Shown: positions 1-10,386 of the stretch, in pieces
How the letters are laid out: the number at the start of each line of letters is the position of its first letter
Numbering within the stretch: the first letter of the stretch is position 1
NCBI GenBank assembly: GCA_964398475.1
Contig: CAYNMP010000001.1
Coordinates: forward strand, 211,912-275,911
From: an uncultured Chitinophagaceae bacterium
GTDB lineage: Bacteria > Bacteroidota > Bacteroidia > Chitinophagales > LD1
Direction: 5' to 3'
Length of the DNA: 64,000 nt
Made by a program: the position numbers and the translations under genes
The notes under the pieces: model-generated
Database searches by the model: none
Told to the model about the DNA's origin: nothing
What the model saw: the letters and a program-made list of their open reading frames with translations, nothing else

Positions 1-1
1 A

Positions 2-616
2 GTTACTGCTGTGGGTTATGCTAATGAAGAAAAAATAGTGTATCGAAATGGCGCTAAGGTAGGCGATTTGATTGCTGTTTCAGGCGACTTGGGCGCTGCT
101 TACTTAGGGTTGCAATTACTAGAACGCGAGAAACGAATCTTCTTAGAAGATCAAAATATTACACCCGATTTAGAAAGCGAAAAGTATTTAGTAGGTCGAC
201 AATTGAAGCCTGAGGCTAGGAAAGATATCATTGATTTCTTTGAAGACATTAATTTGCAACCTACTTCAATGATTGATGTTTCGGATGGGATCTCTTCTGA
301 TATACTCCATATTTGTTCCCAATCGAAAGTTGGTTGTGAAATCTTTGAAGATGAACTTCCTATTGTAGAGGAAACTGCAGAACGCGCATTGACATTTAAT
401 TTAGATCCAACTACCTGCGCCATGAATGGTGGCGAAGACTATGAGTTATTATTTACTATAGATGAAGCCGATGAATCAAAACTTGTTGATGTACCGGGGA
501 TTAGCATTATCGGAAAAATTGTCGAAAAAGAAGACGGTTGTTTGTTGGTGACCAAAGGTGGTAATCGTGTAGCCATTACCGCACAAGGTTGGAATCATTT
601 TTCATCTTCGTTCTAA
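2..616 (+). CDS. thiL: Thiamine-monophosphate kinase, C-terminal part (5' end outside window)
   Basis: Frame open to the window edge (VTAVGYAN...). Motifs GAKVGDLIAVSGDLG, MIDVSDG and GGEDYELLFT match the ThiL/PurM-like C-terminal domain. Confidence 0.93.
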   Translation, partial: VTAVGYANEEKIVYRNGAKVGDLIAVSGDLGAAYLGLQLLEREKRIFLEDQNITPDLESEKYLVGRQLKPEARKDIIDFFEDINLQPTSMIDVSDGISSDILHICSQSKVGCEIFEDELPIVEETAERALTFNLDPTTCAMNGGEDYELLFTIDEADESKLVDVPGISIIGKIVEKEDGCLLVTKGGNRVAITAQGWNHFSSSF

Positions 617-1686
617 TGGAAACCCAATACCGCGTTATCGGTTTAATGTCGGGCAGTTCGCTAGATGGAATTGATTTAGCCTATTGTGTTTTTTGCAAAA
701 GTGATACCGGATGGACGTTTACGTTAAAGCACACGGACTGTATCGAATGGGATGAGCCTATTCAACAAGAACTAAAGCGGGCTACTCAACTGTCTGGGAA
801 AGAGCTATGGCATTTGCATTCCCGTTTGGGCAACTATTTTGGAAATAAAATTAATGCGTTTGTTTCTCGATATGCATTGCACCAACAAGTTGATTTTATT
901 GCTTCACACGGCCATACGGTATTCCATTTTCCAGAACAACAGTTTACAACACAAATCGGTGATGGGGCTCAAATAGCAGCGGTAACTGGGATTCCTACAA
1001 TTGTTGATTTTCGCTCAAAAGATATCGCACTGTATGGCAGTGGCGCTCCTGTTGTTCCTATCGGGGAGAAATTTCTTTTTCAGCGAAATAAACTTTTTCT
1101 AAATATTGGAGGCATTGCAAATGTTTCCTACCATAGCAATGATTCGGTTATTGGTTTTGATGTGTGTTGTGCAAATCAATTGTTGAATTATTTAGCCGGT
1201 AAAATGGATAAGCCCTATGATGAATATGGTGCTATTGCTGCGTCCGGTACCGTGCGACAAGATCTTTTGATGCAACTGAATGCCGTCACGTTTTTTGCAT
1301 TGCCTTTTCCGAAATCTTTAGATAATGGATTTAGTTCAAACGAGATGATTCCAATTATAGATTCTTATTCGTATAGTATAGCTGACAAATTAGCTACTTG
1401 TTGTGAACATATTGCAATGCAACTGAATACAAGTTTGCAATTTGTTCAAGATAAATCGGAAGCGATATTTACAACAGGTGGTGGTGCATTTAATCGCTAT
1501 TTACAGCAAAGGATAGAAGCACAAACTAACCGAAAAGTTGTAGTTCCTTCTGCTGAAATTGTGAATTACAAAGAGGCATTAATTATAGCATTCATGGGGG
1601 TTTTACGCTGGCGTAATGAAATTAATGTTTTGCAAACCGTAACAGGAGCAAAAGCAGATTCAGTGAATGGCGCTATTTATTATTGA
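616..1686 (+). CDS. anmK: Anhydro-N-acetylmuramic acid kinase
   Basis: IGLMSGSSLDGIDLA, ASHGHTVFH, QIGDG, DFRSKDIALYGSGAP, LNIGGIAN and YKEAL motifs. Start placed at ATG 616, which overlaps the thiL stop (TAATG), rather than the track's 589. Confidence 0.95.
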   Translation: METQYRVIGLMSGSSLDGIDLAYCVFCKSDTGWTFTLKHTDCIEWDEPIQQELKRATQLSGKELWHLHSRLGNYFGNKINAFVSRYALHQQVDFIASHGHTVFHFPEQQFTTQIGDGAQIAAVTGIPTIVDFRSKDIALYGSGAPVVPIGEKFLFQRNKLFLNIGGIANVSYHSNDSVIGFDVCCANQLLNYLAGKMDKPYDEYGAIAASGTVRQDLLMQLNAVTFFALPFPKSLDNGFSSNEMIPIIDSYSYSIADKLATCCEHIAMQLNTSLQFVQDKSEAIFTTGGGAFNRYLQQRIEAQTNRKVVVPSAEIVNYKEALIIAFMGVLRWRNEINVLQTVTGAKADSVNGAIYY

Positions 1687-2712
1687 TTGAAAACAGAAGT
1701 TGTGGAGCAAATATTATTAACAGGGGCAAACGGATTACTGGGTTCTCAAATTGCAAAACGCCTTATTCGAAAAGGATATAGTGTTCGGGCTATTAAACGC
1801 AACAAAAGTGATTTGCGTTTATTGGGTGAAGACGTTCATAAAATAGAATGGATTGAAGGGGATGTTCGTGATGTTGTTTCTCTTGAAGCAGCTATGAATG
1901 GCGTTTCAACCGTTATACATTGTGCGGCTATGATTTCGTTTGTGCCTGAAGATGCAGAGGCTATGATGCAGGTGAATGCTCAAGGAACTGCGAATGTTGT
2001 TGATGCTGCTTTGTACTCTGGAGTAAAAAAAATGATTCATATTAGTAGTGTAGCTGCATTTTGCCGACCCAAAGGTGTAGCATTAATTGATGAACAATTA
2101 GATATTAAAGATTCGAAGGACAACTTTAATTACTTTAGAAGTAAGTTTTACGGTGAACGTGAAGCATGGAGAGGATTAGCGGAAGGGTTAAACGTTGTTG
2201 TTTTATGTCCTTCCACTATTTTGGGAGGAGGTTTTTGGGATATGGAGCCTAATAAATTGTTTGCTCAAATCCATAAAGGATATCCTTTTTATACAACCGG
2301 AGTGAATGGTTTTGTGGATGTACGCGATGTAGCAGATGTTGCAATGTTGGCGTTCGACAAAGACATTTCCGGAGAAAAATTTATTGTTTCGTCTGAAAAT
2401 GTCTGCTTTAACGATTTAATGTGGATGATTGCCGATGCTCTGGGTGTTAAACGCGCCAAATTTAAAACCGGTAAATGGCTTGGTGCCATTGCTTGGCGGG
2501 GTGAGTGGTTGCTATCGAAAATTACAGGTAAAAGGGCTTTGGTAACAAGAGAAGTTATCGAAATGGCGATGTGTGATTTTAGGTATGATAATCGCAAAGT
2601 TTGTAAAGAACTAGGTTTTGTGTTTAGACCGGTTGCGCAAACGGTAAAAGATGTTGCGGCATTGTATAATACAGCATTGGAAAAAAAGTCCTCCTTTTCG
2701 TTTTTTAATTAA
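1687..2712 (+). CDS. NAD-dependent epimerase/dehydratase (extended SDR, dihydroflavonol reductase-like)
   Basis: ILLTGANGLLG Rossmann motif, IHCAA, HISSVAA, YFRSK (YxxxK). TTG start directly after the anmK stop. Confidence 0.85.
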   Translation: MKTEVVEQILLTGANGLLGSQIAKRLIRKGYSVRAIKRNKSDLRLLGEDVHKIEWIEGDVRDVVSLEAAMNGVSTVIHCAAMISFVPEDAEAMMQVNAQGTANVVDAALYSGVKKMIHISSVAAFCRPKGVALIDEQLDIKDSKDNFNYFRSKFYGEREAWRGLAEGLNVVVLCPSTILGGGFWDMEPNKLFAQIHKGYPFYTTGVNGFVDVRDVADVAMLAFDKDISGEKFIVSSENVCFNDLMWMIADALGVKRAKFKTGKWLGAIAWRGEWLLSKITGKRALVTREVIEMAMCDFRYDNRKVCKELGFVFRPVAQTVKDVAALYNTALEKKSSFSFFN

Positions 2713-2860
2713 AGTATATCATTCACGCAAGGTATTTGATATAGGTGTTATTTATAATGCGTTTTCAATTGTCTTCAAAATGGCTGGTTTGCCCATATTT
2801 ATTGGGCCGGTAGTGCAACTTTTTTGTAATTTTAGCGGTCTTAATGTAATACGTTTAATT

Positions 2861-3241
2861 ATGAAAAAGTTCATCTTCTGCTGCTTTCTGTTGTGTGCTT
2901 TATTTGGTATTGATGCAAATGCACAAGTGAATAGTGCCGTTTTTATTCAAGAAGAAGCGAATACGCTTGTGTTAAAAGGCAGCGCAGATGATATGAATTT
3001 TAAACGACTAAAGCGGCTGGAAGGCTCGTATCAACTTATTGTTGACGATGTTCGGCTGGTTCGTATTCCAGCTGATTTAGGGTTAAGAATAGCACAACTT
3101 CAGCAACCTGAAAATGATGTCACGATTAAGTTAAGCGATCATTTAATCGTTAAAGTGATTTCAGTGCGTAACCTACAGCATCAACAAAAGATACCAACGG
3201 GGCAAACGATAATTACTAACCAAGCAATCTTCCTAAAATGA
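2861..3241 (+). CDS. Hypothetical exported protein (126 aa)
   Basis: ATG 2861 gives a Sec signal peptide (MKKFIFCCFLLCALFGIDANA-Q). The stop overlaps the next start (ATGA at 3238-3241). The track's longer 2651 start overlaps the previous gene. Confidence 0.7.
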   Translation: MKKFIFCCFLLCALFGIDANAQVNSAVFIQEEANTLVLKGSADDMNFKRLKRLEGSYQLIVDDVRLVRIPADLGLRIAQLQQPENDVTIKLSDHLIVKVISVRNLQHQQKIPTGQTIITNQAIFLK

Positions 3242-6200
3242 GTAAAACGATGTATAAATTAGCCCCGTTATGTTTGCTGTTCTTCTTTTTCAACTCGGCA
3301 GTTGTTGCGCAACCGTTAAATGACGACTGTTTAAATGCTACACCTATTGCTATTCCTGTATCAGGAAGTACTTGTGTAAATGGAAATAATATTGGCGCCA
3401 CATCAACAACTTGGGGGTCAGCTCTTTGTGGGCAGACTACGTGGACCAATGATGTATGGTATACTTTTGTTTCGAATGGCACATTGAATACAATTACAGT
3501 AAAACCAAGCGGAAGTCCTGCAGCAGCTAGGCTAGGGATTACTGTATATACCGGGAGTTGTGGCAGTTTATCCGGACTTGGAACTTATTGTGCTATTGCC
3601 CCCAACAACCCCGATTCGGCAGTTGTTATACAAGCGTCAGCAATAGGTACTCAATATTTTATTGAGGTGAGTTCGTTTAATGGCGATGGCAATTTTCAGT
3701 TGTGTGTTAATTCCGTTACACCGCAGCCATCACCCGGGTCTTCTTGTGCAACTGCTTCAAGAGTATGTGCTTTAAATCCATTTACATTAGGTTCAGGACC
3801 TTCAGGTACAGGTGGTTATACTCCTGATTGCTTTCTTTTTGGAGCTAATTCATCAGTGTGGTATCGGTTTACTGTTGGAGTTTCGGGTACGTTAGCATGG
3901 AGTGCTACTCCAAACTTGGCAGGAACAGAACTTGATTGGGCTTTGTATGATATTACAAGTGCTTGTCCTGGATTATTCACATCATCGGTGGCTTGTAATT
4001 ATAATTATTCTAATGAGGCTTCTAATCCTGTTGGGATGAGCACTTCGTCAGGCACTCTTTGTCCAACAGATGGTTTGGGTGGCGCCCCTGGAGAGTTTTG
4101 CCCATCTATAACGGTTACAGCCGGAAGAACTTATGCGATTGTAATCGATAATTTTTCCAACAATGGCTCGGGATGGAATTTTAATTGGACAGGAAGTACA
4201 TTTGGTCTTGCGCCTACAAGTCAGTTTACCGCGAGTCCATCCTCAATATGTGGAAGTGGCGGTACTGTGAATATTACCAATACTACTATTGGTGGTACAA
4301 CACAAGTTTGGAACTTTGGTGATGGTAGTGCAAGCTTTACAGGCGCTGCTCCTCCTGCACATAATTACACTGCACCGGGTACGTATGTAATATCAAATCA
4401 GGTAACCAACAATGGTTGTACTGATGTTAGTACCCAATCGGTACAGATTATTGCCAATCCTACAGTTACAGTAAATAGCGATACGGTATGTGCCGGCACT
4501 TCTGCCGTATTAACGGCAACACCAAGTAATACCGGAGGAACCTATAGTTGGTCTCCTGGGGGAGCAACAACTCAGACCATAACAGTTTCGCCCGGAACTA
4601 ATACCACCTATACTGTTACCTACACATTATTGAGTTGTTCGGGAACAGGAACAGGAACGGTTACTGTTAATCCGAAACCTAATGCAGGGATAGACCAAAC
4701 CGTAGTTTGTTTAACCACTGATGCGGCCACGATGGCTGCTATTGGAGCAGGTACATGGTCGACTTTGTCTTCAAATCCGGGAACAGCTATTATAACTACT
4801 CCGAGTTCTCCTACAACAACCATCACCAGTTTTAGTGTTGTTGGAACCTATAGATTTGTTTGGACAAGTGCTTCTGGTTGTTCCGACACGGCTAGTGTAG
4901 TTGTTGGAAATGCCTGTGGTTGTGCGAATCCGCCCGTAGTTACAATTAGTCCGAAAACCGCTGCTATTTGTGCGGGACAAACGCAAGTTGTTTCCGGAAC
5001 ATTCGGAGGTTCTGCTACGCAAGTATTCTATAGTAGTTCAGGGACAGGTACATTCAGTTCGCCATCAGCATCTGCTAGTCCCTTTAATGTAACGTACACA
5101 CCAAGTACTGCCGATATATCTATAGGAACTGTTACGTTATATGCTACAACGAATAATCCCCTAGGGAGTCCTTGTCCTGTTCGAATCGATTCGTTTACAC
5201 TAAATATTAATCCTGCACCAATTGCAACGGCAAGCAATACCGGACCTTATTGTGAAGGCGCAACCATATCGCTTTCGAGTAGTGGTGGAAGTGCTTATGC
5301 ATGGAGTGGTCCTTCAGCCTATGCGAATGGAACGCAAAATCCTTCGCTTGCTAATGCAACAACTGCTATGGGAGGCGTGTATACCGTTACGGTAACTAGT
5401 GCAGCAACATGCACAGCAACAGCAACAACTACCGTTGTAGTGAATGCTAATCCAACCGCTACTGCAGCTAATTCAGGTCCTTATTGCTTAGGAACAACTA
5501 TCGTTTTAACCGGAGGTACTTCAGGAAATACATACAGTTGGAGTGGTCCAAATAGTTACACCAATGCAACACAAAGTCCTTCTATTACCGGAGCAAATGC
5601 TAGCATGGGAGGAACGTATACCATTACAGTGACAAGTGCCGCGAATTGTACGGCTACTGCATCTACAAACGTTGTAATACTTTCTGCTCCTTCTGTTTCG
5701 GCAAGTAATACTGGGCCTTATTGCGAAGGAGCAACCATTGATTTGATTGGAGGTATAAGTGGTCTTGTTTCCTATGCATGGAGTGGGCCGAATACATACA
5801 GTAATGGCACACAAAGTCCATCCATCAATAGTTCAACCACTTCCATGTCAGGTGTATATTCCATTACGGTTACCGATGCTTCTTCGTGTACAGCCACCGC
5901 ATCTACTACAGTTGAAGTAAACCCATTGCCTCAAATTGCAGCCACCGCCACAAATGCCGTCTGTTCGTCCAATAATGGTACGGTAATCGTAGCTGTAAAT
6001 AGCGGAGGTACACCAGGCTTCAACTATACTTGGAGTCCTGCGAATATTGATAATGATACGATCAGTGGTTTAGGGGTTAATACTTACAGTGTAACTGTAA
6101 CAGATAGTAAGAATTGTTCGGCATCAACAACAGCTAATGTTGGGTTAACAACTAATCCTGTTCCTATTACTTTAGATCGAATTGTAAATGTAAAATGCAA

Positions 6201-8814
6201 CGGATTAAGTACCGGAGAAATTGATGTTACGGTTGGCACAGGTGCCTTGGCTTATGCTTATTTATGGACACCAACCGCACAAACCACAGAAGATGCAATA
6301 GGTTTGGGAGCCGGAGTCTATACCATAGTAGCCACGGATCAGTTTGGTTGTGTTGATTCCGCTCAGTATACAGTGACTGAACCAACAGCATTGAGTTTAG
6401 GCGTAGCCTCTCAAACAGACGCCACTTGCAATGGAGGCAGTAATGGCACTGCAACGTTAACTGTGTTCGGGGGAAGTGGGAATTATCAGTTTTTGTGGAA
6501 TGATGCTTCTGCTCAAACATCTGCAACGGCAACAGGATTGGCAGCAGGTACCTATACAGCAACGGTTACCGATGACAGTGCATGTGTTGCCACTACAACT
6601 GTCACTATTGCAGAGCCAACGGCAATTACATTTGCTACCCCAACCATCACTGCTCCTTTATGCTTTAGAAGTGCAGATGGCAGCATTGCTTCATCTGCTT
6701 CCGGAGGAACAGGTGCAATTACTTATAGTTGGAGCCACAATTTAGGGTTGAATACTACGTTAGCTAGCCCATTGGATACAGGCGTATATTTTCAAATAGC
6801 TACCGATGGTAACGGTTGTAGTGATACCGCTTATTTTCAAGTACAAGATCCTACACCAATTCAGTTTAATGCTGCCACAGTTGTTGACGTAAATTGTAAC
6901 AACGCAAGCGATGGAAGTATTAGTAGCACTGCGCAAGGGGGAACAGGAACATTGACCTACGGTTGGAACTTTGACCCTACTTTGAATTTGACCAACTTAG
7001 TGGGATTAGATACCGGCAAATATGTTCACTACGCCACAGATATCAATGGATGCAGAGATAGCGCGATTTATACGATTCTCCAGCCTTCTGCAGTTGTTTT
7101 CCAACCGGCTACAATCGTTAATGCGTTATGTAATGGCGGAAATGATGGCTCCATAACCTCTATAGCATCTGGTGGAACGGGAGTGATAAATTATAGCTGG
7201 AGCCACGATGTTACTTTAAATAGTTCTACCGCTACTGGTCTTACTGCAGGAACATATACGCAAACAGCCTCCGATGCTAACGGATGCAGTATTACGAACA
7301 CTTTCACGGTTACAGAACCAGCCGTTATCACTTTTGGAATTCCACAATTGGTTATGGTAACTTGCAATGGAGGAAGTGATGCAACTATAACTTCTTCAGC
7401 GTCAGGCGGAACAGGTGTTCTTTCCTACACTTGGAGCCATGACGGTACACTCAATAACAGTGTGGCTTCCGGATTAACAGCCGGCAACTACAGCCAAACT
7501 GCAACAGATGTAAATGGTTGCTCCGTAACAACTTCGTTTACGATAACTGAGCCTTCTCCAATTGTATTTATCAATCCACGTGTTCAAGATGTGAAATGTC
7601 ATGGGGAAAATACAGGAAGTATTCATAGCGAAGCCATAGGCGGAACGGGTAATATTCAGTATGGATGGAGCCACAACTTAGGACTAAATAGCCCTGATGC
7701 ACTGAATTTGATTCAAGGTACTTATTACCATATTGCTACTGATGCAAATGGCTGTAAAGATACAAGTAATGTGTTTGTGGTGAATGAACCATCACAACTT
7801 ACACTATTGGCCTTGGCTACACCTGAATTGTGTATTGGTGCTGCTAACGGAACAATTACCTCTACCGGAGGCGGAGGAACACCAAATTATACATATGATC
7901 TAACATTGGGCGGTGCCATTCTACAAACCAATAATACAGGTAGTTTTACTTCTCTTGCACCGGCAACTTATATCGTTGACGTAACGGATGCAAATGGTTG
8001 TGTAGAAATGCAAACGGCAATTGTATATTCTCAAGAACACGACATGTTTACGGTTGATGTAGACAGCACAAGTTGTTATGGTGCGCAGTATAAAGACGGT
8101 GCCATTCGTGTGGAAAGTCAAACGCTTTTGAATGGTCCATATCAATATTCAATTGATAGCGGTAAAACATATAGTTATGTTTCCGATTTCTATAATTTGA
8201 GTGCTGGTATTTATACTGTATTTGCCAAGAATAACAACGGTTGTGATACAAGTTTCATTGTTGAAGTGCCTGAACCACTCCCTGCAACATTATCTATTAT
8301 TCCTAACGATACAAGTATTCGTATTGGTGAGCAAATAGGGTTAACAATTCAGTTGTATCCTTATCCGACAAGCAGTATTACCAGCTACCATTGGACGCCT
8401 GCGGCCGGCTTGAGTTGTGATGATTGTCCGAATCCTACAATGACGTCTTATCAGAAAAACAACACTTATTTATTGGAAGTAACGTATAGCAATGAATGTA
8501 AGGCCTCGGCCATTGCTACGATTAATGTTAAGTCTGATACTTCATTGTATATACCGAATGCATTCAGTCCGAATGGGGATGGAAACAACGATTTGTTTGA
8601 AGTGTATGGAAGAGAGTTAAAGACTGTGCATATGGAAGTATTTAACCGTTGGGGTGAAAAAGTGTATGATAGCATGGGAAATCCTTATGCTGCATGGGAC
8701 GGAAAATACAGAGGAGAATTACAGCCGCCATCAGTGTATGTGTTTTCTGTTGAAGTAGAATACTTAAACACCAAGAAAGACAGACGTTCCGGGTCGGTTA
8801 CGCTCATTCGGTAA
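3238..8814 (+). CDS. Large T9SS type B cargo (gliding motility-associated C-terminal domain) with Cys-rich N-terminus, PKD domain, Ig-like repeats and ~10 SprB-like repeats
   Basis: Signal peptide; PKD motif WNFGDG; repeated xxCxGxxxG...YxW...TxTDxxGC units; C-terminal YIPNAFSPNGDGNNDLF...FNRWGEKVY...WDGKYRG...GSVTLIR (CHU_C/type B CTD). Confidence 0.92.
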   Translation: MSKTMYKLAPLCLLFFFFNSAVVAQPLNDDCLNATPIAIPVSGSTCVNGNNIGATSTTWGSALCGQTTWTNDVWYTFVSNGTLNTITVKPSGSPAAARLGITVYTGSCGSLSGLGTYCAIAPNNPDSAVVIQASAIGTQYFIEVSSFNGDGNFQLCVNSVTPQPSPGSSCATASRVCALNPFTLGSGPSGTGGYTPDCFLFGANSSVWYRFTVGVSGTLAWSATPNLAGTELDWALYDITSACPGLFTSSVACNYNYSNEASNPVGMSTSSGTLCPTDGLGGAPGEFCPSITVTAGRTYAIVIDNFSNNGSGWNFNWTGSTFGLAPTSQFTASPSSICGSGGTVNITNTTIGGTTQVWNFGDGSASFTGAAPPAHNYTAPGTYVISNQVTNNGCTDVSTQSVQIIANPTVTVNSDTVCAGTSAVLTATPSNTGGTYSWSPGGATTQTITVSPGTNTTYTVTYTLLSCSGTGTGTVTVNPKPNAGIDQTVVCLTTDAATMAAIGAGTWSTLSSNPGTAIITTPSSPTTTITSFSVVGTYRFVWTSASGCSDTASVVVGNACGCANPPVVTISPKTAAICAGQTQVVSGTFGGSATQVFYSSSGTGTFSSPSASASPFNVTYTPSTADISIGTVTLYATTNNPLGSPCPVRIDSFTLNINPAPIATASNTGPYCEGATISLSSSGGSAYAWSGPSAYANGTQNPSLANATTAMGGVYTVTVTSAATCTATATTTVVVNANPTATAANSGPYCLGTTIVLTGGTSGNTYSWSGPNSYTNATQSPSITGANASMGGTYTITVTSAANCTATASTNVVILSAPSVSASNTGPYCEGATIDLIGGISGLVSYAWSGPNTYSNGTQSPSINSSTTSMSGVYSITVTDASSCTATASTTVEVNPLPQIAATATNAVCSSNNGTVIVAVNSGGTPGFNYTWSPANIDNDTISGLGVNTYSVTVTDSKNCSASTTANVGLTTNPVPITLDRIVNVKCNGLSTGEIDVTVGTGALAYAYLWTPTAQTTEDAIGLGAGVYTIVATDQFGCVDSAQYTVTEPTALSLGVASQTDATCNGGSNGTATLTVFGGSGNYQFLWNDASAQTSATATGLAAGTYTATVTDDSACVATTTVTIAEPTAITFATPTITAPLCFRSADGSIASSASGGTGAITYSWSHNLGLNTTLASPLDTGVYFQIATDGNGCSDTAYFQVQDPTPIQFNAATVVDVNCNNASDGSISSTAQGGTGTLTYGWNFDPTLNLTNLVGLDTGKYVHYATDINGCRDSAIYTILQPSAVVFQPATIVNALCNGGNDGSITSIASGGTGVINYSWSHDVTLNSSTATGLTAGTYTQTASDANGCSITNTFTVTEPAVITFGIPQLVMVTCNGGSDATITSSASGGTGVLSYTWSHDGTLNNSVASGLTAGNYSQTATDVNGCSVTTSFTITEPSPIVFINPRVQDVKCHGENTGSIHSEAIGGTGNIQYGWSHNLGLNSPDALNLIQGTYYHIATDANGCKDTSNVFVVNEPSQLTLLALATPELCIGAANGTITSTGGGGTPNYTYDLTLGGAILQTNNTGSFTSLAPATYIVDVTDANGCVEMQTAIVYSQEHDMFTVDVDSTSCYGAQYKDGAIRVESQTLLNGPYQYSIDSGKTYSYVSDFYNLSAGIYTVFAKNNNGCDTSFIVEVPEPLPATLSIIPNDTSIRIGEQIGLTIQLYPYPTSSITSYHWTPAAGLSCDDCPNPTMTSYQKNNTYLLEVTYSNECKASAIATINVKSDTSLYIPNAFSPNGDGNNDLFEVYGRELKTVHMEVFNRWGEKVYDSMGNPYAAWDGKYRGELQPPSVYVFSVEVEYLNTKKDRRSGSVTLIR
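5230..5920 (+). repeat. Three tandem ~78-aa Ig-like coding repeats
   Basis: Units start ASNTGPYCEGATI (5230), AANSGPYCLGTTI (5464) and ASNTGPYCEGATI (5701). Each contains WSGPxxYxNxTQxPS and TVTxAxxCTATA. The first and third are similar at DNA level. Confidence 0.8.
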
Positions 8815-8830
8815 AAGAATTGTATCATCG

Positions 8831-8862
8831 AAAAAGGCGCAATTTGTATTGCGCCTTTTTTT
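8831..8862. terminator. Bidirectional intrinsic terminator
   Basis: AAAAAGGCGCAAT-TTGT-ATTGCGCCTTTTT perfect inverted repeat with A/T tails, between convergent genes. Confidence 0.9.
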
Positions 8863-8873
8863 ATGTGTATGCG

Positions 8874-9539
8874 TTAGATATTAATAAATCGCATTAGGGC
8901 ATCATAGCGATCCTTCATGTCTTCGCGGTATTCATCCTCGTGATAGAAGCCGTTAATTTCGTAGTTATATCTTTCAAATGTGGCGATAATTGCAGATAGT
9001 TCGTTCGAGTTGGTTTTAATGGTAATGTTTACCTTCGCATTTAACTGATCGATGTTAGTATAACAGGCTAAAGGATAAACGCCATTGCTTTCAATAATTC
9101 TTACAATTTCGGTAAGGGAGAAATCTTTTAGCGGAACTGTAAGTTCGATAATACCCCCTTCATCTACAATCGAATTCAATTCCGAAAAGGCTTTCAAACA
9201 GCTTTCTGCAGAAATAACGCCTGCATAAACATCATCGCTATCGGTGAGCACAGGAACGATACGTACATTATATTCCAACGCTGCTTTCATCACATCAAAG
9301 AGGTGCGAAGATTCGTGAACATAAGGACGTTTAAGCGAAGTATGGATTTCCAATAATGGATCGTTCAGGTGTTTAAGTAAGGTGATTTCTTCCAACGAAA
9401 TAATACCTACGTACACACCATTATTCACAACCGGCATTTGGTTCACGTTGAGTTCGTGCATGGCTAGGAGAGCCATCTCGCCTGTATCGGTATAGTTAAG
9501 CGGTTTTAAGTGATTCGATATGATTTCGCTGGCAATCAT
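8874..9539 (-). CDS. CBS-domain pair protein with C-terminal ACT-like domain (AcuB-like)
   Basis: Two CBS-type segments (QMPVVNNGVYVGII; IVPVLTDSDDVYAGVIS), then GGIIEL...IIATFERYNYEI. Confidence 0.8.
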   Translation of the reverse strand: MIASEIISNHLKPLNYTDTGEMALLAMHELNVNQMPVVNNGVYVGIISLEEITLLKHLNDPLLEIHTSLKRPYVHESSHLFDVMKAALEYNVRIVPVLTDSDDVYAGVISAESCLKAFSELNSIVDEGGIIELTVPLKDFSLTEIVRIIESNGVYPLACYTNIDQLNAKVNITIKTNSNELSAIIATFERYNYEINGFYHEDEYREDMKDRYDALMRFINI

Positions 9540-9582
9540 TATATACTATATACGCTAAAATGAGAAAATGTTGTTTAAATAC

Positions 9583-10341
9583 CTAAGCTATTTTCTGCAA
9601 AAATGCTGCCATAAGTTTATTGAACTCTTCCGGACGTTCCATCATAGGCGCATGTCCGCATTTTTCCAAAATAGTTAACTCAGAATTAACGAGTAATTTC
9701 TTGAATTCTTCGCCTACAAACGGAGGTGTGATAGTGTCGCTTGCGCCCCAAATTAGATTACATGGAATAGTGATTTTATGCAACTCATCGCGCAAATTAT
9801 GACGCACTGCCGATTTAGCAATGAAGACTACACGAATTGCCTTTTCTCTTGAGTTTACGATGTCATAAACTTCATCCACTAATTCGTCTGATGCTAATTC
9901 AGGATTATAAAACGTTTCAGCAGTTTTACGTTTGATATACGACTTATCGCTCTTTCGCGGGTATTGATCGCCTAACGAACTTTCGAACAAACCCGAACTG
10001 GCTGTGAGCGTCATTGATGCTACTTTTTCTTGTTTGCGAAGGGTGTAAAGTAAAGCAATGTGACCGCCCAAAGAATTGCCAATAAGGTGAACTTTATTAT
10101 ATCCTTTATGTTCGATAAATGCATCAATATAATCGACCATACCGGTTACACTTGTTTTGTCTAAATCGAGTGTGTATAAAGGCAATATTGGGATTACCAC
10201 AGTATAGTCTTTACTGAAATAATCGGTTACATCTTTAAAATTACTCAGCGCGCCAAAAAGACCGTGCAAGTTCAGCATCACAGGACCAGAACCTACTTCA
10301 ACATACTTAAACGCTCCTTCTTCTTTTATTACTAACGACAT
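9583..10341 (-). CDS. Alpha/beta fold hydrolase
   Basis: LHGLFG, nucleophile elbow GNSLG, IWGASD, CGHAPMME. Start placed at MSLVIK (10341). Confidence 0.88.
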   Translation of the reverse strand: MSLVIKEEGAFKYVEVGSGPVMLNLHGLFGALSNFKDVTDYFSKDYTVVIPILPLYTLDLDKTSVTGMVDYIDAFIEHKGYNKVHLIGNSLGGHIALLYTLRKQEKVASMTLTASSGLFESSLGDQYPRKSDKSYIKRKTAETFYNPELASDELVDEVYDIVNSREKAIRVVFIAKSAVRHNLRDELHKITIPCNLIWGASDTITPPFVGEEFKKLLVNSELTILEKCGHAPMMERPEEFNKLMAAFLQKIA

Positions 10342-10386
10342 ACAATGGATTACATCCAAAAATAGATTTATTATTAATGTATCAAA

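Noticed and set aside
2651-2860. N-terminal extension of the 196-aa ORF in the track
   Set aside because: It overlaps the upstream gene and would bury an obvious signal peptide that starts at 2861.
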